Part shown: positions 24,886 to 37,499 of the stretch, in pieces
Layout of the letters: every line of letters begins with the position of its first letter
Position numbering within the stretch: the first letter of the stretch is position 1
DNA from: Antechinus flavipes
Lineage: Eukaryota
DNA: 64,000 bases
Direction: 5' to 3'
Assembly (NCBI RefSeq): GCF_016432865.1
Contig: NC_067402.1
Coordinates: 160,332,001 to 160,396,000 of the forward strand
Translations under genes and position numbers: made by a program
The notes under the pieces: generated by a model
The model's database searches: none
What the model was told of the DNA's origin: nothing
Seen by the model: only the letters and a program-made list of their open reading frames with translations

Positions 24886-26759
24886 AACCTGAGCAAATTT
24901 AAATCAAAGCCGCAGCCGTGCTTAATAAACTTTCATTCTTCTCTCAATTGTTGCATCCCCGACTCTTCCCCTCCCCTAGCTAATTTAGCAATGGGTGTGT
25001 TTCCGAGCCAATATGAGATCTTCTTAAGCACAGATCTGCAGCGGGACCAGCGGCCTGGGGAAGTAAGAGGAATCAGAGTCCCTTCTTCAGTCCTGCAGAG
25101 ATTGGTTTGTCTTTTAAGGGGAAACACACACGATTGGGCTGCAATGTAACTCGCCCCCTTGAGTCCAGAGCCCAAACCTGATCATTTTCTTCCACTCGGT
25201 CGCCAGGGTAATCCTCTCGGTGAGCATCCTGACATGAGGAGTAGAGTAGGGACGATGGGAAGGAAGGTAACCCCCACCCCCCCGGCAGCCCCAACGCCCA
25301 AGGCAAAGTCCCTGTTTGGCTGTATCCCGCTCTCGTCCGTGCGTAGCGTCCGTAAGGAAAAAGCAACCAAACGTTAGAAAATAGAACTCTGCCGGGGCTG
25401 GCATTCCATCGCCGCCGTGGGATTCTGGGCTGCTCAACCCGCGTTCAGAAGAGGCAGGTAGAGTCAGCCAAGCTCCCAGCCCCCGACACCCGCGCTTTGC
25501 TGGCTAACACCCACAACCACTGTCGCAAACCAACCCTCCCCTCTCCTCGGCTTCCAGCCTGCCGGCGCGTCACGGCCCGGGCGCACCAATCTGGCAGAGC
25601 GGGAGGAGGAGCACGGGCGGCCGAGCTTTATTCCTAGAGCTGCGGATATTATTCCGGAACGGAAGGCAAGTCCCCTGCGTGCAAGTATTTCGCAACGGCT
25701 TGGGACCCTTAGACCCACTTAGACTACGAACACTTTCTTTCCCCTCCCCCACCACCATTGTGATTAAAATGAAACATTAACCCGAACTTGCCGGTCCGAG
25801 GGCCTGAGACTGAGGGGGTGGGGTTTGGAAAAGAGGGAAAAGTTTGCATATTGCAACTAGTTTCCTGCAAGCAGCTCCCAGACCTGGTGCTTTGCAAAGT
25901 GATTTCTCTGGCCGGGTCAGTTTCTGAATTCTGACTGACCATGAACGGCAGAGCCAGAAAAACCATTTTGGGGGCTGTTCCTTTTCGGCGGAGTGGGCCT
26001 GGGGAAGAGTGGGACCTTACTCACCGAGAGGTGGGCGCAGCTGGAAATCAGAACACTTAAGGAGGGAGCAAGCCCGTCCCCTAATCCCTTTAGGCCAAGG
26101 TGAATGCTCGGCCTCCCTCCCAGCGCCGGCGAGAATTAACCAACCTGCTCTCAATAAGTACTTTCACTAGACACCACACTAAACGCTGCCTTGAGTATCT
26201 GCATTCCTCATCTCCGGTTAAACTGTAAACACTTCCAAAAAAGGACCTGTCTTAAGGCATCTTTGTATCCCCCACAGTGGAGGAGATCGATAAATAATTG
26301 TTGAGTGAATGACCATGTAGTAGATAGACCAAAAGAATTGGGGATAGATGCTGCATTCTTTTTTTTTTTTTTTTTTTTTTTTGCCTAAACTGTCCCAATG
26401 AGGGCAGGTAACACACAGTTGCATTTTTGTCTATACATCTCCAGTGCTTACTGCAGTATGTGTCCGGTGCTTAATAAATATTTATTAATTAATTGAATGA
26501 GTACAATTTGCAGATCATTAAAACTATTTTTTAATTTAATACTTCCTTTGTGGATGCATATCTTATACCTATTTCTATTCAATCTTGTTCCAAGTTATTC
26601 AAGGCAGCTTCAAGGGCAAGTTTCTCTTTTCCTAATAACCCCTATTCCCTGGTGTCTGGTACAATTGATAAAGCATAACCTGGAAGATTCGCTAGTTGGG
26701 CTGTGCCTAAGTGATCTCATTCTCTTGCAAAGGGGATTTGGAGTCAGAAAATCATTCTC

Positions 26760-26949
26760 TTCTCTTTTTCTTTACCTCTCTCTTTCTCTCTCTTGTCCCT
26801 TGCAATCTTTTCTCTTCCCTTTTCCTTCCCTCCCCTTTCCCTTCCCCTCTCCTTCCTTTTTCCCTTGCTCCCTCCTTTCCCCCTTCTTCCTCTTTCCCTT
26901 CCCCTTTCCTTCCTTTTTCCCTGCTCCCTCCTTTCCCCCTCCCTCCCCA
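26760..26949. repeat. Polypyrimidine/polypurine tract with an internal ~50-bp direct duplication
   Basis: Almost pure C/T. Units at 26835-26884 and 26892-26940 are nearly identical. Confidence 0.9.
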
Positions 26950-27224
26950 GAAATAAAGTGAAGGAGTTTGATTTGATGACCTCTGAAGCTCTCTTGCTGC
27001 ATTGCAACACAATTTCTGTGAATGTCTCTAAGGAGTATCTAAGGTAGTTCTTCAGTCTTACGTTGACTAACAAGTCCTCAGCTTTTCACAACTATAAACC
27101 TCTGCAGAGCAGAAAGCACTCTCAGCGGAGGAAAAGATCAGCTCAGTTAGGGACCTGTCCCACAATTAGTTATTATACTTTTATATCTTGGTGCTTTTCC
27201 CCTCCTTTTAATTTTTTTTTTTTT

Positions 27225-27340
27225 TGGGGGGGGGGAAGTGAGGCAACTGGGGTTAAGTGACTTGCCTGGAGTCACACAAACTTTAACTCAGGTCTTCCTG
27301 ATTTCAGGGCTGATGCTCTATACACTGCCATCTAGCTAGA
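27225..27340 (-). mobile_element. WSINE1-type SINE, internally shortened
   Basis: Reverse complement of SINE head and CORE (ggttaagtgacttgcc...caggtcttcctgatttcagggc). Confidence 0.7.
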
Positions 27341-27989
27341 GGTGCTTTTCATATTAAGTTTCTGAACTGTGAAATGTGTTTTAAGATTTTTCTTACATAA
27401 AACATTGTCCTGAAATCTAAGATTGCAACATGATATGGTGTGAGCATATTATATGCCTTCCATATTTCAAAATTACAATAGTATTGTAAAAACATAGACA
27501 TTGTGACCTAATGAATAGAGAGAGCTGCCCTTTAAGTCATAAAGATTCTGAGTTCAAGGTTCGTTTAGGCATATTGAACCATGAACCTAGATACCAGATC
27601 ATTCACTTCTCTGTATTCTAGGAAATGTTCTAATACTCTGAGCTAGAGATAAAGTGCTAACTTGTATTATAGGTAAAAAGAATTTTCCTCACTCAGGAGT
27701 TCCCTATGCCAATGAAATCACAGGTTATATCTATCGCCAAGGTAAAAAAAAGTTAAAAGTTCACAGGTGAAGAATAAAGATTATATCTATCAGACATGAT
27801 CGATGTGTCAGTTTATTACTCAATTACTTTGCTCAGAGTATTGAGAAATATCAACCATATTTTTAAAAGAACCAAAACAGATTTTAATATAATTAAGATC
27901 TTTACTTTGCTGCATAAATCAAATCAAAAGACAAAAGATGATATATTTATCTCATGGTGAAAATATTGCATATTGTCATGTATGAAAAT

Positions 27990-28620
27990 GTACTCTTTGG
28001 GGTCATAAAAAATGGAAGAGAACCCTCATATACAAAAACAGTTATAGAAGTTCTTTTAGTGATGACAAAGAATTAGAAATCAAGAGGATGCCCATTACAT
28101 GGAGAAATGCTGAACAAATTGTGTTATATGAATGTAATGGAATACTATTGTTCTTTAAGAAATGAAGAGCAGGTGGATGTCAGAAAAACCTGGTAAAACT
28201 GACACGAACTTGAGTGAAGTGAGCAAAACCAGAACATTATACACAGTAAAAGCAACATTGTGGGTATAATCAACCTTGATAAACTTTGCCCTTTGCAGCA
28301 ATTCAATGATCTAAGAGAATTCTAATGGAATCATAATGGAAAATGTTATCCATATCCAGAGAAAGAACTATGGAGCCTGAATGCATATTGAAACATACTG
28401 TTTTCACTTTTTTTTGTTGTTTTCATTCTTATGATTTTTCCCTTTTGTTCTGATTCTTCTTTCACAACATGACTAATGTGGAAATATGTTTAATATGAAC
28501 ATACATGTATAACCTGTATCAGATTAATTACCATCTTGGGGAGAGGTAATAGGAGGGAAAAGTGAAAATAAAAATCTTATAAAAGTAAATGTCTAAAACT
28601 AATAAATCTTTTTAAAAGAA
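27990..28620 (+). mobile_element. Old L1 ORF2 C-terminus plus 3'UTR
   Basis: Degenerate match to the L1 ORF2 end (gaatactattgttct...gaagtgagcaaaaccag) followed by 3'UTR and aataaa. Confidence 0.8.
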
Positions 28621-29099
28621 AAATGTACTCTGCGTCCTGTTCTTATGTTTATAGCTTGTTTTCAAGACCATATTGTACCTGTTCACTGGTCTGCAAGTTT
28701 TTACAATTTGCTTTTTGGCCAAAAATACTCGTCTTGTTCTCATCAAAAAAAAAAAAAAAGAATTACCTTAATTTCCATGAACTTCGGAATAGGGTTTCAG
28801 TGTTTCAGATGTTCTCTTTGGCAGAGTACTTAGTGTTGCCAGAACCAGGCTGAATAAAAAAATTAAAATGAAGGCAGAATAAACATGGGCTAGGTGTCCA
28901 GAGTAGGAGGTAGAATTTGAATTGCATTGTCCCTCCCCCCCACCTCAAATAAGGCTAAAATAAGAAATTAGCATAATATGGCAGTCTAAAACCAGAGCCT
29001 AGGAAGTGGAAATTAGGTGAAATCTGCATATTTCAACTAGTCTTTGACTAGTTTCCTTGCAGGAAAGAGGAAATTGCTATCTGTCCCTTCTTGGTAGAA

Positions 29100-30965
29100 C
29101 ATGAAGCAATGATGAAAATTATTGGGTTTTTAAAGGAAAATTCCTAAATGAATATATCCATTTAAAAAATGAAAACAAAGTTCAAAAAGACTAATAAAAA
29201 TGAGATTCAATTTAATCACATTATTTACTGACCACTTCACCACTGCCTGCAAACACATCGTAGGTGTCCCATATCCTGGTCTAGAAAACCCTCATATGAC
29301 TCATCCATTCTTGATAGGTATCTTCCTTTATTTCTCTTCCTTTCTTCAGCTAACCACCTTGAGAAAACTCTCCACAAAGAGTGCCTCTAGTGTTCTGGTT
29401 AGTTTTCTGGATGTCTCTGGACCAGCCTTCGTTTCAGCAGAGTAATCACCATGGGAACAACCAGAAATAAAGTCCAAAAATCTTTCTTGTCTCCTTGTCT
29501 GGGGACTGGGCTAGCTTTCTGGAAGTTCTCCCCAATGTGTCTTGGTTTTTGTGGGGGAGGCAGGAGGACCATCATAATGGTCTCTGTCTTGAAGTCTCCC
29601 TGAGTCTGGGAGCTTGTGCTCCAGCCTCTGTTCCTCTGTCTTCCCTGAGTCTATTCCAGTCCCACAGTGGTGGGAGATGGAATGAATGTCTCTGGCTGAG
29701 TTTGTCCCTGCTTATATACTCTATTGTAATTATATCATCATAGGTGTGAATCTTGTAGAACTATATTAAGTACTAAGTACATGTACTGAACTAGAGAACT
29801 ATTAATCACCATGCTAAACTAGATAACCATTGTATTATCAAATTCCACTGAGTTAGCATCTTGTAAGAATCCTTGTTTCAAGTACAGAGTTCTGGCCCAT
29901 TTTAAGTGCCTCGACTTCTTTTCTTCTTACTCTCTTTTTAACTCACCATAATCAGATTTCTAATCTGAAACTGTTCCCTCCAGAGTTCCAAATGTTCTCT
30001 TAATTGAAAAATCTAATAATCTTTTCTCAGTCTTCATCCTTGCCTTCTCTCCTTTGATATTCTCTATCAGTCACTTCTCCTTGATCATCTTCTTCTTTCT
30101 AGGTTTTCATGAAACTACTCTTTCCTAGTTTTTTTTCCTACCTCTCTGATCATACCTTTTGTCTCCTTTGCTGGACTTTTATCCAAGTCATACCCACTAG
30201 GATGTTCCCCAAAGCTTTGTACTGTGCTTTCTTCTTTTTATATGCTATAATTTCCTTTGGTAATCCCATTCACTCCTCTTCCAGAATCCCATAAACTCAA
30301 TGATTGTCTCTGTGCTGATAATTCTCATATCATCTTCTTAACATCTCTAACTTTTTTCCTATCCTCTACATTTGCATTTCTATTTATTGAACATCTCAAA
30401 CCAAATCTCCTAGGGTCATCTTAAATCCAATATGTCTAAAAGTAAAAGCATTATCTTTCCTCCAAAACTCAGCCCACTTCCAAATTTCCCTGTTACTGTC
30501 TGGGTGGAATCATTGTCCTAATCACTCAGGCTCACAGTTTTCACCTCCTTTTCTCAGTTTCCCTCACACTCCTAACCCCCATATACAGTCTGTGGCCAAA
30601 GACTGTGCATTCTGCATTTGCAACATACTTTACTTCTACCAGGAAGTAACACTGACATCCTTGAAGCTCTTCAACTGTAGGCATTTTCACTAGCTAGTCT
30701 CCATACCTGAAATGTTCTCCCTCCCCACCTCTGTCTCTTGGCTATCCTGGATACCTGCAAGATCTATCTTCTATAAGAAGCCTTAATGCTAGTACCTTTT
30801 CTCTGTTCATTATCTTTTCATTTATCCTGTCTGTATCTTTTTTGTACATAGATGTTTGCATATTGTCTCCTTTATTAAAACATGAGTGCTTCAAGAGCAA
30901 AAACTGGATTTTGGCCTTTCTTTGCAAAATATTCATCTCTTAGCACAGTGTCTGGCACATAGAAA
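29100..30965 (+). mobile_element. L2 LINE interrupted by a solo LTR
   Basis: L2 body either side of the LTR, with the tail cttagcacagtgtctggcacatag at about 30940-30962. Confidence 0.7.
29386..29905 (-). mobile_element. Solo ERV LTR inserted in L2
   Basis: 5-bp TSD GTGCC (29381-29385 / 29906-29910), minus-strand TATATAAG and LTR-like architecture. The terminal TG/CA dinucleotides appear mutated. Confidence 0.7.
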
Positions 30966-31014
30966 ATGCAGACATTGCATATGGCACAATTATATAATAC
31001 TGTATTACAAATGG

Positions 31015-31265
31015 GGGCAGCTAGGTGGTGCAGTGGAAGGAGTACTGGGCCTGTAGTCAGAAAGGTTCATCTTCATGAGTTCAAAATCTGACTTTTGAAA
31101 TTTATAAGCTGTAACCCTAGCTAAGTCATTTAACCCTATTTGCCTCAGTTCTTCATTTATAAAATGAGCCAGAGAAGGAAACGACAAATCACTCCAGTAT
31201 CTTTGCCAAAAAAATCCAAATGGGGACATAATACGTTGGACACAACTAAAATAACTGAACAATAA
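31015..31265 (+). mobile_element. MAR1-type SINE
   Basis: gggggcagctaggtggtgcagtgg head, CORE and RTE-like tail. Confidence 0.8.
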
Positions 31266-31559
31266 AAAATTACAAATGAGGCCAAAGTTAAGTCATGTAT
31301 CACCATCAATCAAGATGGGCTCATGACACAGATGAATTTCACATTCCTTACTGCATTTGAACATGAAGTATTTATGTAAACACAAAAGGTATTAAATAAT
31401 CTTGATGTAGAAGTTAAAAGTAATATATCTGTTATTTCTCAATGTTTTACAAAAAACCTAAGTTTTAAAAGCTGAAATTACTCTAGAACAACTAAAATTT
31501 AATTGTCTTAAATTTTTGTCTCTTTTAAGTGAAATAATGTTTCTTAATGATACATTCTG

Positions 31560-32850
31560 TTAAAAAAAAAAATGTGGCCTTTCCCACATTTGACCATATC
31601 ATATGTTTTACAGTCACTAGTGAGAAGCTACATACAGTTTTTCAAGTTGTTATAAGAGTAATCGACTTCATCTTTTAAGAAACAATCCATTAAAAGAAAT
31701 GTTTGTAAAATTGTGTGCCAATTTGAGGGCAGCTCATAAAACACTTCCATATTATTGTGAAACATTCAGGCTTTCCTACGCTAATATATTTAAGAGAGTA
31801 GTTGAACTAAAATAATTTTTTTCTTAGACTAATAAAGATTAATTAGTAATTAATTTATTAAGCATTCACTGACTATGTGACAAGGAATAACACTGTTAGA
31901 AACTAAAATCATCCTATCATCTATGGCAAGTGGATGGAACAAAAGGAATGTCATTGAAATCAAACAACAAATGTTTATTAAGAGCCTTCCATGTACTAAT
32001 CGTTGAGAATGAAAAGGCAAAAATTAAAATTCTTGCCCTCAAAGAGCTTACATTCTGTAGGGCGAAATAATATGTATGTTTTTAAATATACAGAAGCTAA
32101 TATAAGAGAAAAGAAGATACCAGTGAAAGACAATGAGTTGTTTTGAATATGTTGAATTTGAGATAGTTCCAATATACCCAGTTGGTTCAAGGGACTTAAT
32201 TTACTTAAGGAAGCAATTCTTATCTCATTGTAGAGACCTAGATACTTTAAATATAATTAGATATGAAATCCATTTGTCACAGACAAATGACACATTTGAT
32301 CTTACAGCATTTTAATAATTAAGAATTCATAGGTGCATCTGATGAGAGATTGTAGAAAAAAAAGCTTATGAAGTGAAAAATCCTAAGTTTTGGCTAAGGC
32401 TTAATTAGGAAATCTCAGGTTTATCAAACAAAGCAACACAAATTTTATTGCTACTTGTAAGTATATTTGAGTATAATAGCATTTTCTTCTGAAGCTGTTA
32501 TTAAAACAAAATATCTGCTTCAAGTAGTGGTTGAAAAAGATATATAAGCCTTAATATCTTCAATGACACCACATATTAAGAAACTTTATGCCCCAAACAA
32601 GTCTATCTATCAGTTAACAATAGTAATATCATGGTTATTAATTTGAACATTGAACATTGAAGTTAAATATTTTATCAATAAATATCACATTATTTTATTG
32701 AATTTTACATTTTATTTGCTTTTACAATTGTAATAAATTATTTTATTGAAATAAAATATGAATTAAGAAAATTATTTGTGTAAAGTGTTTTATGAGAACT
32801 ATATGGTTTTAAAAAAAGACAAAAAGTTGATAAAGTTTGGACATTTCTGG
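31560..32850 (+). mobile_element. hAT/Charlie transposase fossil, interrupted by an L2 piece at about 31830-32140
   Basis: Degenerate peptides LRNNPLKEMFVKLCANLRAAHKTLPYYCETFRLSYANIFKRVVELK (about 31675-31815), KFWLRLN*EISGLSNKATQILLLL and IAFSSEAVIKTKYLLQVVVEKDI*ALISSMTPHIKKL (about 32385-32600). These resemble the Charlie catalytic region and C-terminal dimerisation domain. Confidence 0.75.
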
Positions 32851-33419
32851 AGATAGGCAAAAAGGGATACTTAGACATAAGGACAGAGGTAGAAATCTGA
32901 AACAATGCTAAAAAACTGCTAATGGGCAAAAATTGGCCACCATCTTTCTATCTTTAATCATGGGAACATAGCATTTACACTTACATACCCAAGGGTGTTG
33001 CCAGTCCCTCAAAAAACTGCTGCCTGCCCACGTTAAGAGTTGTCTGTTTCATTTAGCGACTCTTAGCCTCCTTTGGTCACCTAGGCAACAAAATTCTCTC
33101 AAGAACCATTTTCACTCCTCCCACAGAATTTTCTGATCATTCCACTCACATTAATTCTACTTCCTGGGTGTTGGCAGTTTCAGAATTTGTGGTCTGTCTA
33201 TATAAGATGAATCTTACACCCTTGATTCCCCTTTGTTCCCTCTGCCAGTCTCAGCCACCCAGGTCCTATAAATGGATTTGTTGTTCTGTCATTTCAGACT
33301 CTTCATGATCTTGTTTTGGGGCTTTCTTGGGAAAGATATTGGAGTGGTTCCTTCTTCAGCTCATTTTACTGATAAGGAAACTAAGGCAAACAGGGTTAAC
33401 TAACTTGCCTAGAAATTCC

Positions 33420-33735
33420 AATAGAATAGGGATGGAAAATGCTGCATCCAGGTCTATCCACATGCAGAGAGAAAACTATGGAGACTGAATGTGGATCAGT
33501 ATCTTCACCTTTTTTTTGTTTGTTTTTTCCCTTTTGGTCTGATTTTTCTTGCACAACATGACAAATATGAAAATATGTTTAAAAGAATTCTGCAGCAGAT
33601 TGCTCTCTTCAGGAAGAGGCAGATAAAGGAGAGAGGAAGAAAATCCTGGAATTTAAAGTCTTACAAAAATGAATGATGAAAACTATCTTTACATGTGTTT
33701 GGAAAATAAAATACTATTAGAAAAAAAAAAAAAAA
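33420..33735 (+). mobile_element. L1 3'UTR inserted into a minus-strand MAR1/MIR SINE
   Basis: L1 3'UTR with A-tail. SINE halves flank it at about 33270-33410 and 33735-33830. Confidence 0.7.
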
Positions 33736-35959
33736 AGCCACACAGCTAGTAGTATCTAAAGCCAGATTTAAATTCAGGAAGATGTCTTCCTAATTCCAAG
33801 CCTGTGCTCTACTCACTGATCCACCTTTTAGGATAAACTCATTAATATAATTAAATATTTAAATAGTCAATTGATTAATTGGTTAATTAAAAATTAAATT
33901 AAAATCAATTCCTGATCCCTCTTAATTCTAATACTTTCCCTCCATTGATTATTTCCAAATTGTCCTGCAAATAATCGTTATCTCCCCCATTAAACTGTGA
34001 TTTTCTTAAGAGCAGTCACTGTTTTATATCTATTTGTATTTCCAGAGCTTAGGACAATGCCTGAGGTATATTAGGCATTTAATACATATACATTAACTGA
34101 ACAACTTTATTCCTTCCAGTGAGATGGAGGAGCACCAAGATTTATCATTTGACTTGCATTTATACCTTCCATATTCCTGGGGACTGTCATCTGATCTACT
34201 GAAAAAAACCTACTAATTCCTGAACCCTGACATCAACTTTGTTATTATCCACATCTTCCCTATCCACTGATGAACTCTCATCAATGGGTTCTCTGTCTCT
34301 CCCAGTCAGAATATGTGTAACTGGAGAGTAGAGATTGTCTTGATTTCCCATATTTGAATTGAAATCCAAGGAAATCAATTCCTTGATTTCCAGGCACTTA
34401 ATATAGTGTTTGGCACATTAATAAATGCTTGTTTGATTTATTCATTCATAGTTATAACTAAATGTAAAGACTAGACTGCTTCAAAAACAAACCACTACAT
34501 TGTTCTTTCAGGGAAAAAAAATGGAGGGGCAATGTGAGATAGCAAAAAGGAGTACTAGACTAAGAATCAGGAGGTTTCTAATCTTGACCCTGCCAATTTT
34601 AGGCTTATTGGTTACCATATTTGAGCCTCAGTCCATTCTTCTGCTAAATGAAAGGAGATAACCTAGAAGATCTACCTCTAGAGTCTCTTTAGCTCCAACA
34701 TACTATGATCTGTAAAGTGTGCAAAAGAAGTGATTAATATAGAAACAGGAGAGAAGTGTCAAGGAAAAGGTGAGGAAGACACTAGAAGAGAATGGCAAGT
34801 TCCTGGCTGGTTCTGCTGCTAAATCCCTTCTTTATCCCTGCCTTACTCCATGTGGATGAGCTAACCATTACAAAAAGCAATGGAAGGGAGCTTGGTTCCA
34901 ATATGCATCATTTCCCTCTTTATGCTTAAGTGGTCTTGGATCCAGCATTCTTGAATCTCCATCTAATGACTGATCCTACTGGATGCATGAATCCAAAATG
35001 AGTTATGAATGGTATTTATTGCCCACTCTCTCACCTGCTGCAGAAGGATAAGTCATGGGGGCTAAATAAACTGAATTGTGTAGTTCCTAGAAACCTAGGT
35101 TCCAAATGGGAAATTACAAACTAAATGTATTTTTCAATAGCCTTTGTATGTTCCAATGGCCTCTCCCAAACCTAGGTCTGGGAAAAGCCATAAATGTATA
35201 CAGCTTCATATGAATATTTTATTTTGCATTGCTTTTAAATATTCATTTAAATTTTAATCTCAGGTCCAAATTCCACATCCCTTACCCCCACCCCAAGAAA
35301 AAAAAAACCTGTAATAAATATGTATAGTCAAGCAAAACAAATTCCTGCGTGGGTTATGTCCAAAAAAGAAATGTGCCTTACTTGGCACTCTGAGTCACTC
35401 ATCTCTCTCTGGGAAACATATATCATTTTATTGATTCTATGCTTTAAGTGGCTATCTACAGTATTGAAACTTGCCTGTCCATTCCTATGAGGAAGTGATT
35501 CCATTATACCAAGGAGACATGACTAGGAATCAGTGAAACATAACAAGTTCAGAGAAAAGGTGATGTTTGCAAATATATTCAATCATGTAGTTAAACTAGT
35601 TAAATCATGCATTTAAAAAGAAACTAAGTTGTTTATAAAAGAAATTCTCTTCTTCTTTTATATTATGTATATAGAAATGTCTATATAATTCAGTGTTTGT
35701 AAACTGAACACAAGGAAAAAAAAAAAAAACGAATCCCCATATTTTACAAATAAAGAAATTGAAGGCTAGGGATTCTTAGATAATTTCCTGAAAGAACAAT
35801 GAACCCCAGGATTGGAACACAGTTATCCTGATACCCTGAGTAGTATCTTTTTTACACAGACTATCTGTGCTACTTATCTTTATCATATAAAAGAGATGGG
35901 GAAAGAAGGATCAAGTCTTCTGAACTTAGATGTCTAGTAGGGTCACAGAGTTAGGCTCA

Positions 35960-36290
35960 GATTTTTTTTTTACTAAAGTCTTTTATTTTTCAAAACATAT
36001 GCATGGATAATTTGACATTGATCCTTGCAAAATCTTGTGTTACAATTTTTCCTTCCATCCCCTAGATGGCAAGTAGTCCAATATATGTTAAACATGATAG
36101 AAATATATGTTAAATCCAATATGTAGATACATATTTATACAATTTTCTTTCTGCACAAGAAAAATCAAATCAGACAGGAAAAAATGAGAAAAAAAATAAA
36201 ATGCAAGCAAACAACAAGAATGAAAATGCTAAGTGTGAACCACACTCAATTCCCCTAGTCCTCTCTTCACCACAAGATCATTGGAATTGG
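35960..36290 (-). mobile_element. L1 3'UTR fragment
   Basis: Poly-T followed by the reverse complement of the L1 3'UTR. Confidence 0.75.
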
Positions 36291-36679
36291 TTAGACTCAG
36301 ATTTTTAAGGAACCTTAGAAGTTTTGTAATCTAAAAGAAATAGCTAACTATTAATCCCCTTTACAATGAAATAGATGAATAGTCATCCTCTTACTACCTG
36401 GAGACCTAAATCAAGGCGTACTGTTAAATTGCAAGTGAGGATCTTTGACAGAAAGAAAGAGTTTTCTCATTAGTAAAATCACAGGCCTGGATCAAAATAA
36501 AGAAAGAAAGAAAGAAAAACAACACCAAGCATATTGAATAGCTATTAATTAAAGCTTAGTTAAGATCACTGGAAGATTTTGAATTCCTCTACTTGCCCCT
36601 GGGATATTTTTAGCTAGGAAGAGAAAGTATTGATTCAAATTTCCTTAGTTATAAAGTTCTAAAAGTTATCTTTTAGATC

Positions 36680-37290
36680 TATATCTCAAAAAGATTAAAA
36701 GGAGATGGGGGAAAGGGAGAACCTATTTATACAAAAATATTTATAATGGCTTTCTTGTTGGTGGCTAAGAATAAGAAATTGAGAGGACACCAATTAGCTG
36801 GGGAAGACTGATCAAGCTGTAGTCTCTGATTGTAATGGAATATTTTTGTGCTATAAGAAATGACAAGCAGGATAATTTGACAAAAACCTGGAAAGACTTA
36901 TATAATTGATACAAAATAAAGTGAGCTGAACCAAGAGAACACTGTATGCAGTAATAGCAATCTTGGACAATGAAGAACTTAGCTATTTTCAGCAACAAAA
37001 TGATTCAAGATAATTCCTAAAGACTCAGAAGAAAATGCTTTTCCAGAGAAAGAACTTATGTCTGACTACAGACTGAAGCATGCTATTTTTCTTTTTGTTT
37101 CTTGTAATTGTTGTAATTAGAGTCGTATTGAATAAAATGACTAATATAGAAATATTTTACATTATTGCATAAGTCAGATTGCTTACCATATTAAGGAAAG
37201 TGAAGAAAGGGAGAGAAGAATAGAATTTGGAACTCAAAACTTAAAAAAAAAAAAAAAAAGATTTAAAATGCTTTTTGCAAGTAATTGGGG
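36680..37290 (+). mobile_element. Old L1 ORF2 C-terminus plus 3'UTR
   Basis: Same degenerate L1 3' motifs as the copies at 28 kb and 40 kb. Confidence 0.75.
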
Positions 37291-37499
37291 GAAAAAAACA
37301 GTTTTTTAAAAGCTTTCATGGACTACTTCTATGGACAACTTTTTTGAAGAGTTCTACATCATCCAAATTTTCCCAAAGAAGAAGGTGAGTCATACATTTA
37401 AATTCGAAACAAGTTTTTATTAATATATTTAGTTCAAATATATCACATCTAGGATGTTAGTTTTAGGTCATATACATGATGCTATAGTTATTATGAAGA

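Larger units (their letters stand above)
23950..26160. promoter_or_regulatory. CpG island / TMEM243 promoter region
   Basis: High GC and CpG density against a CpG-depleted background, core at about 25300-25700. Contains a GGGCGG box (25615-25620), tandem ETS-type cores TTCCGGAACGGAAG (25652-25665) and several CCAAT/ATTGG boxes, and overlaps the first coding exon. Confidence 0.85.

Noticed and set aside
26497-27073. Cluster of 76-154 aa ORFs
   Set aside because: Artefacts of the polypyrimidine/polypurine low-complexity tract.
34370-34391. Perfect 9-bp hairpin GGAAATCAA-TTCC-TTGATTTCC
   Set aside because: It sits inside an L2 tail and is best explained by a local micro-duplication. Too short and AT-rich for a pre-miRNA.
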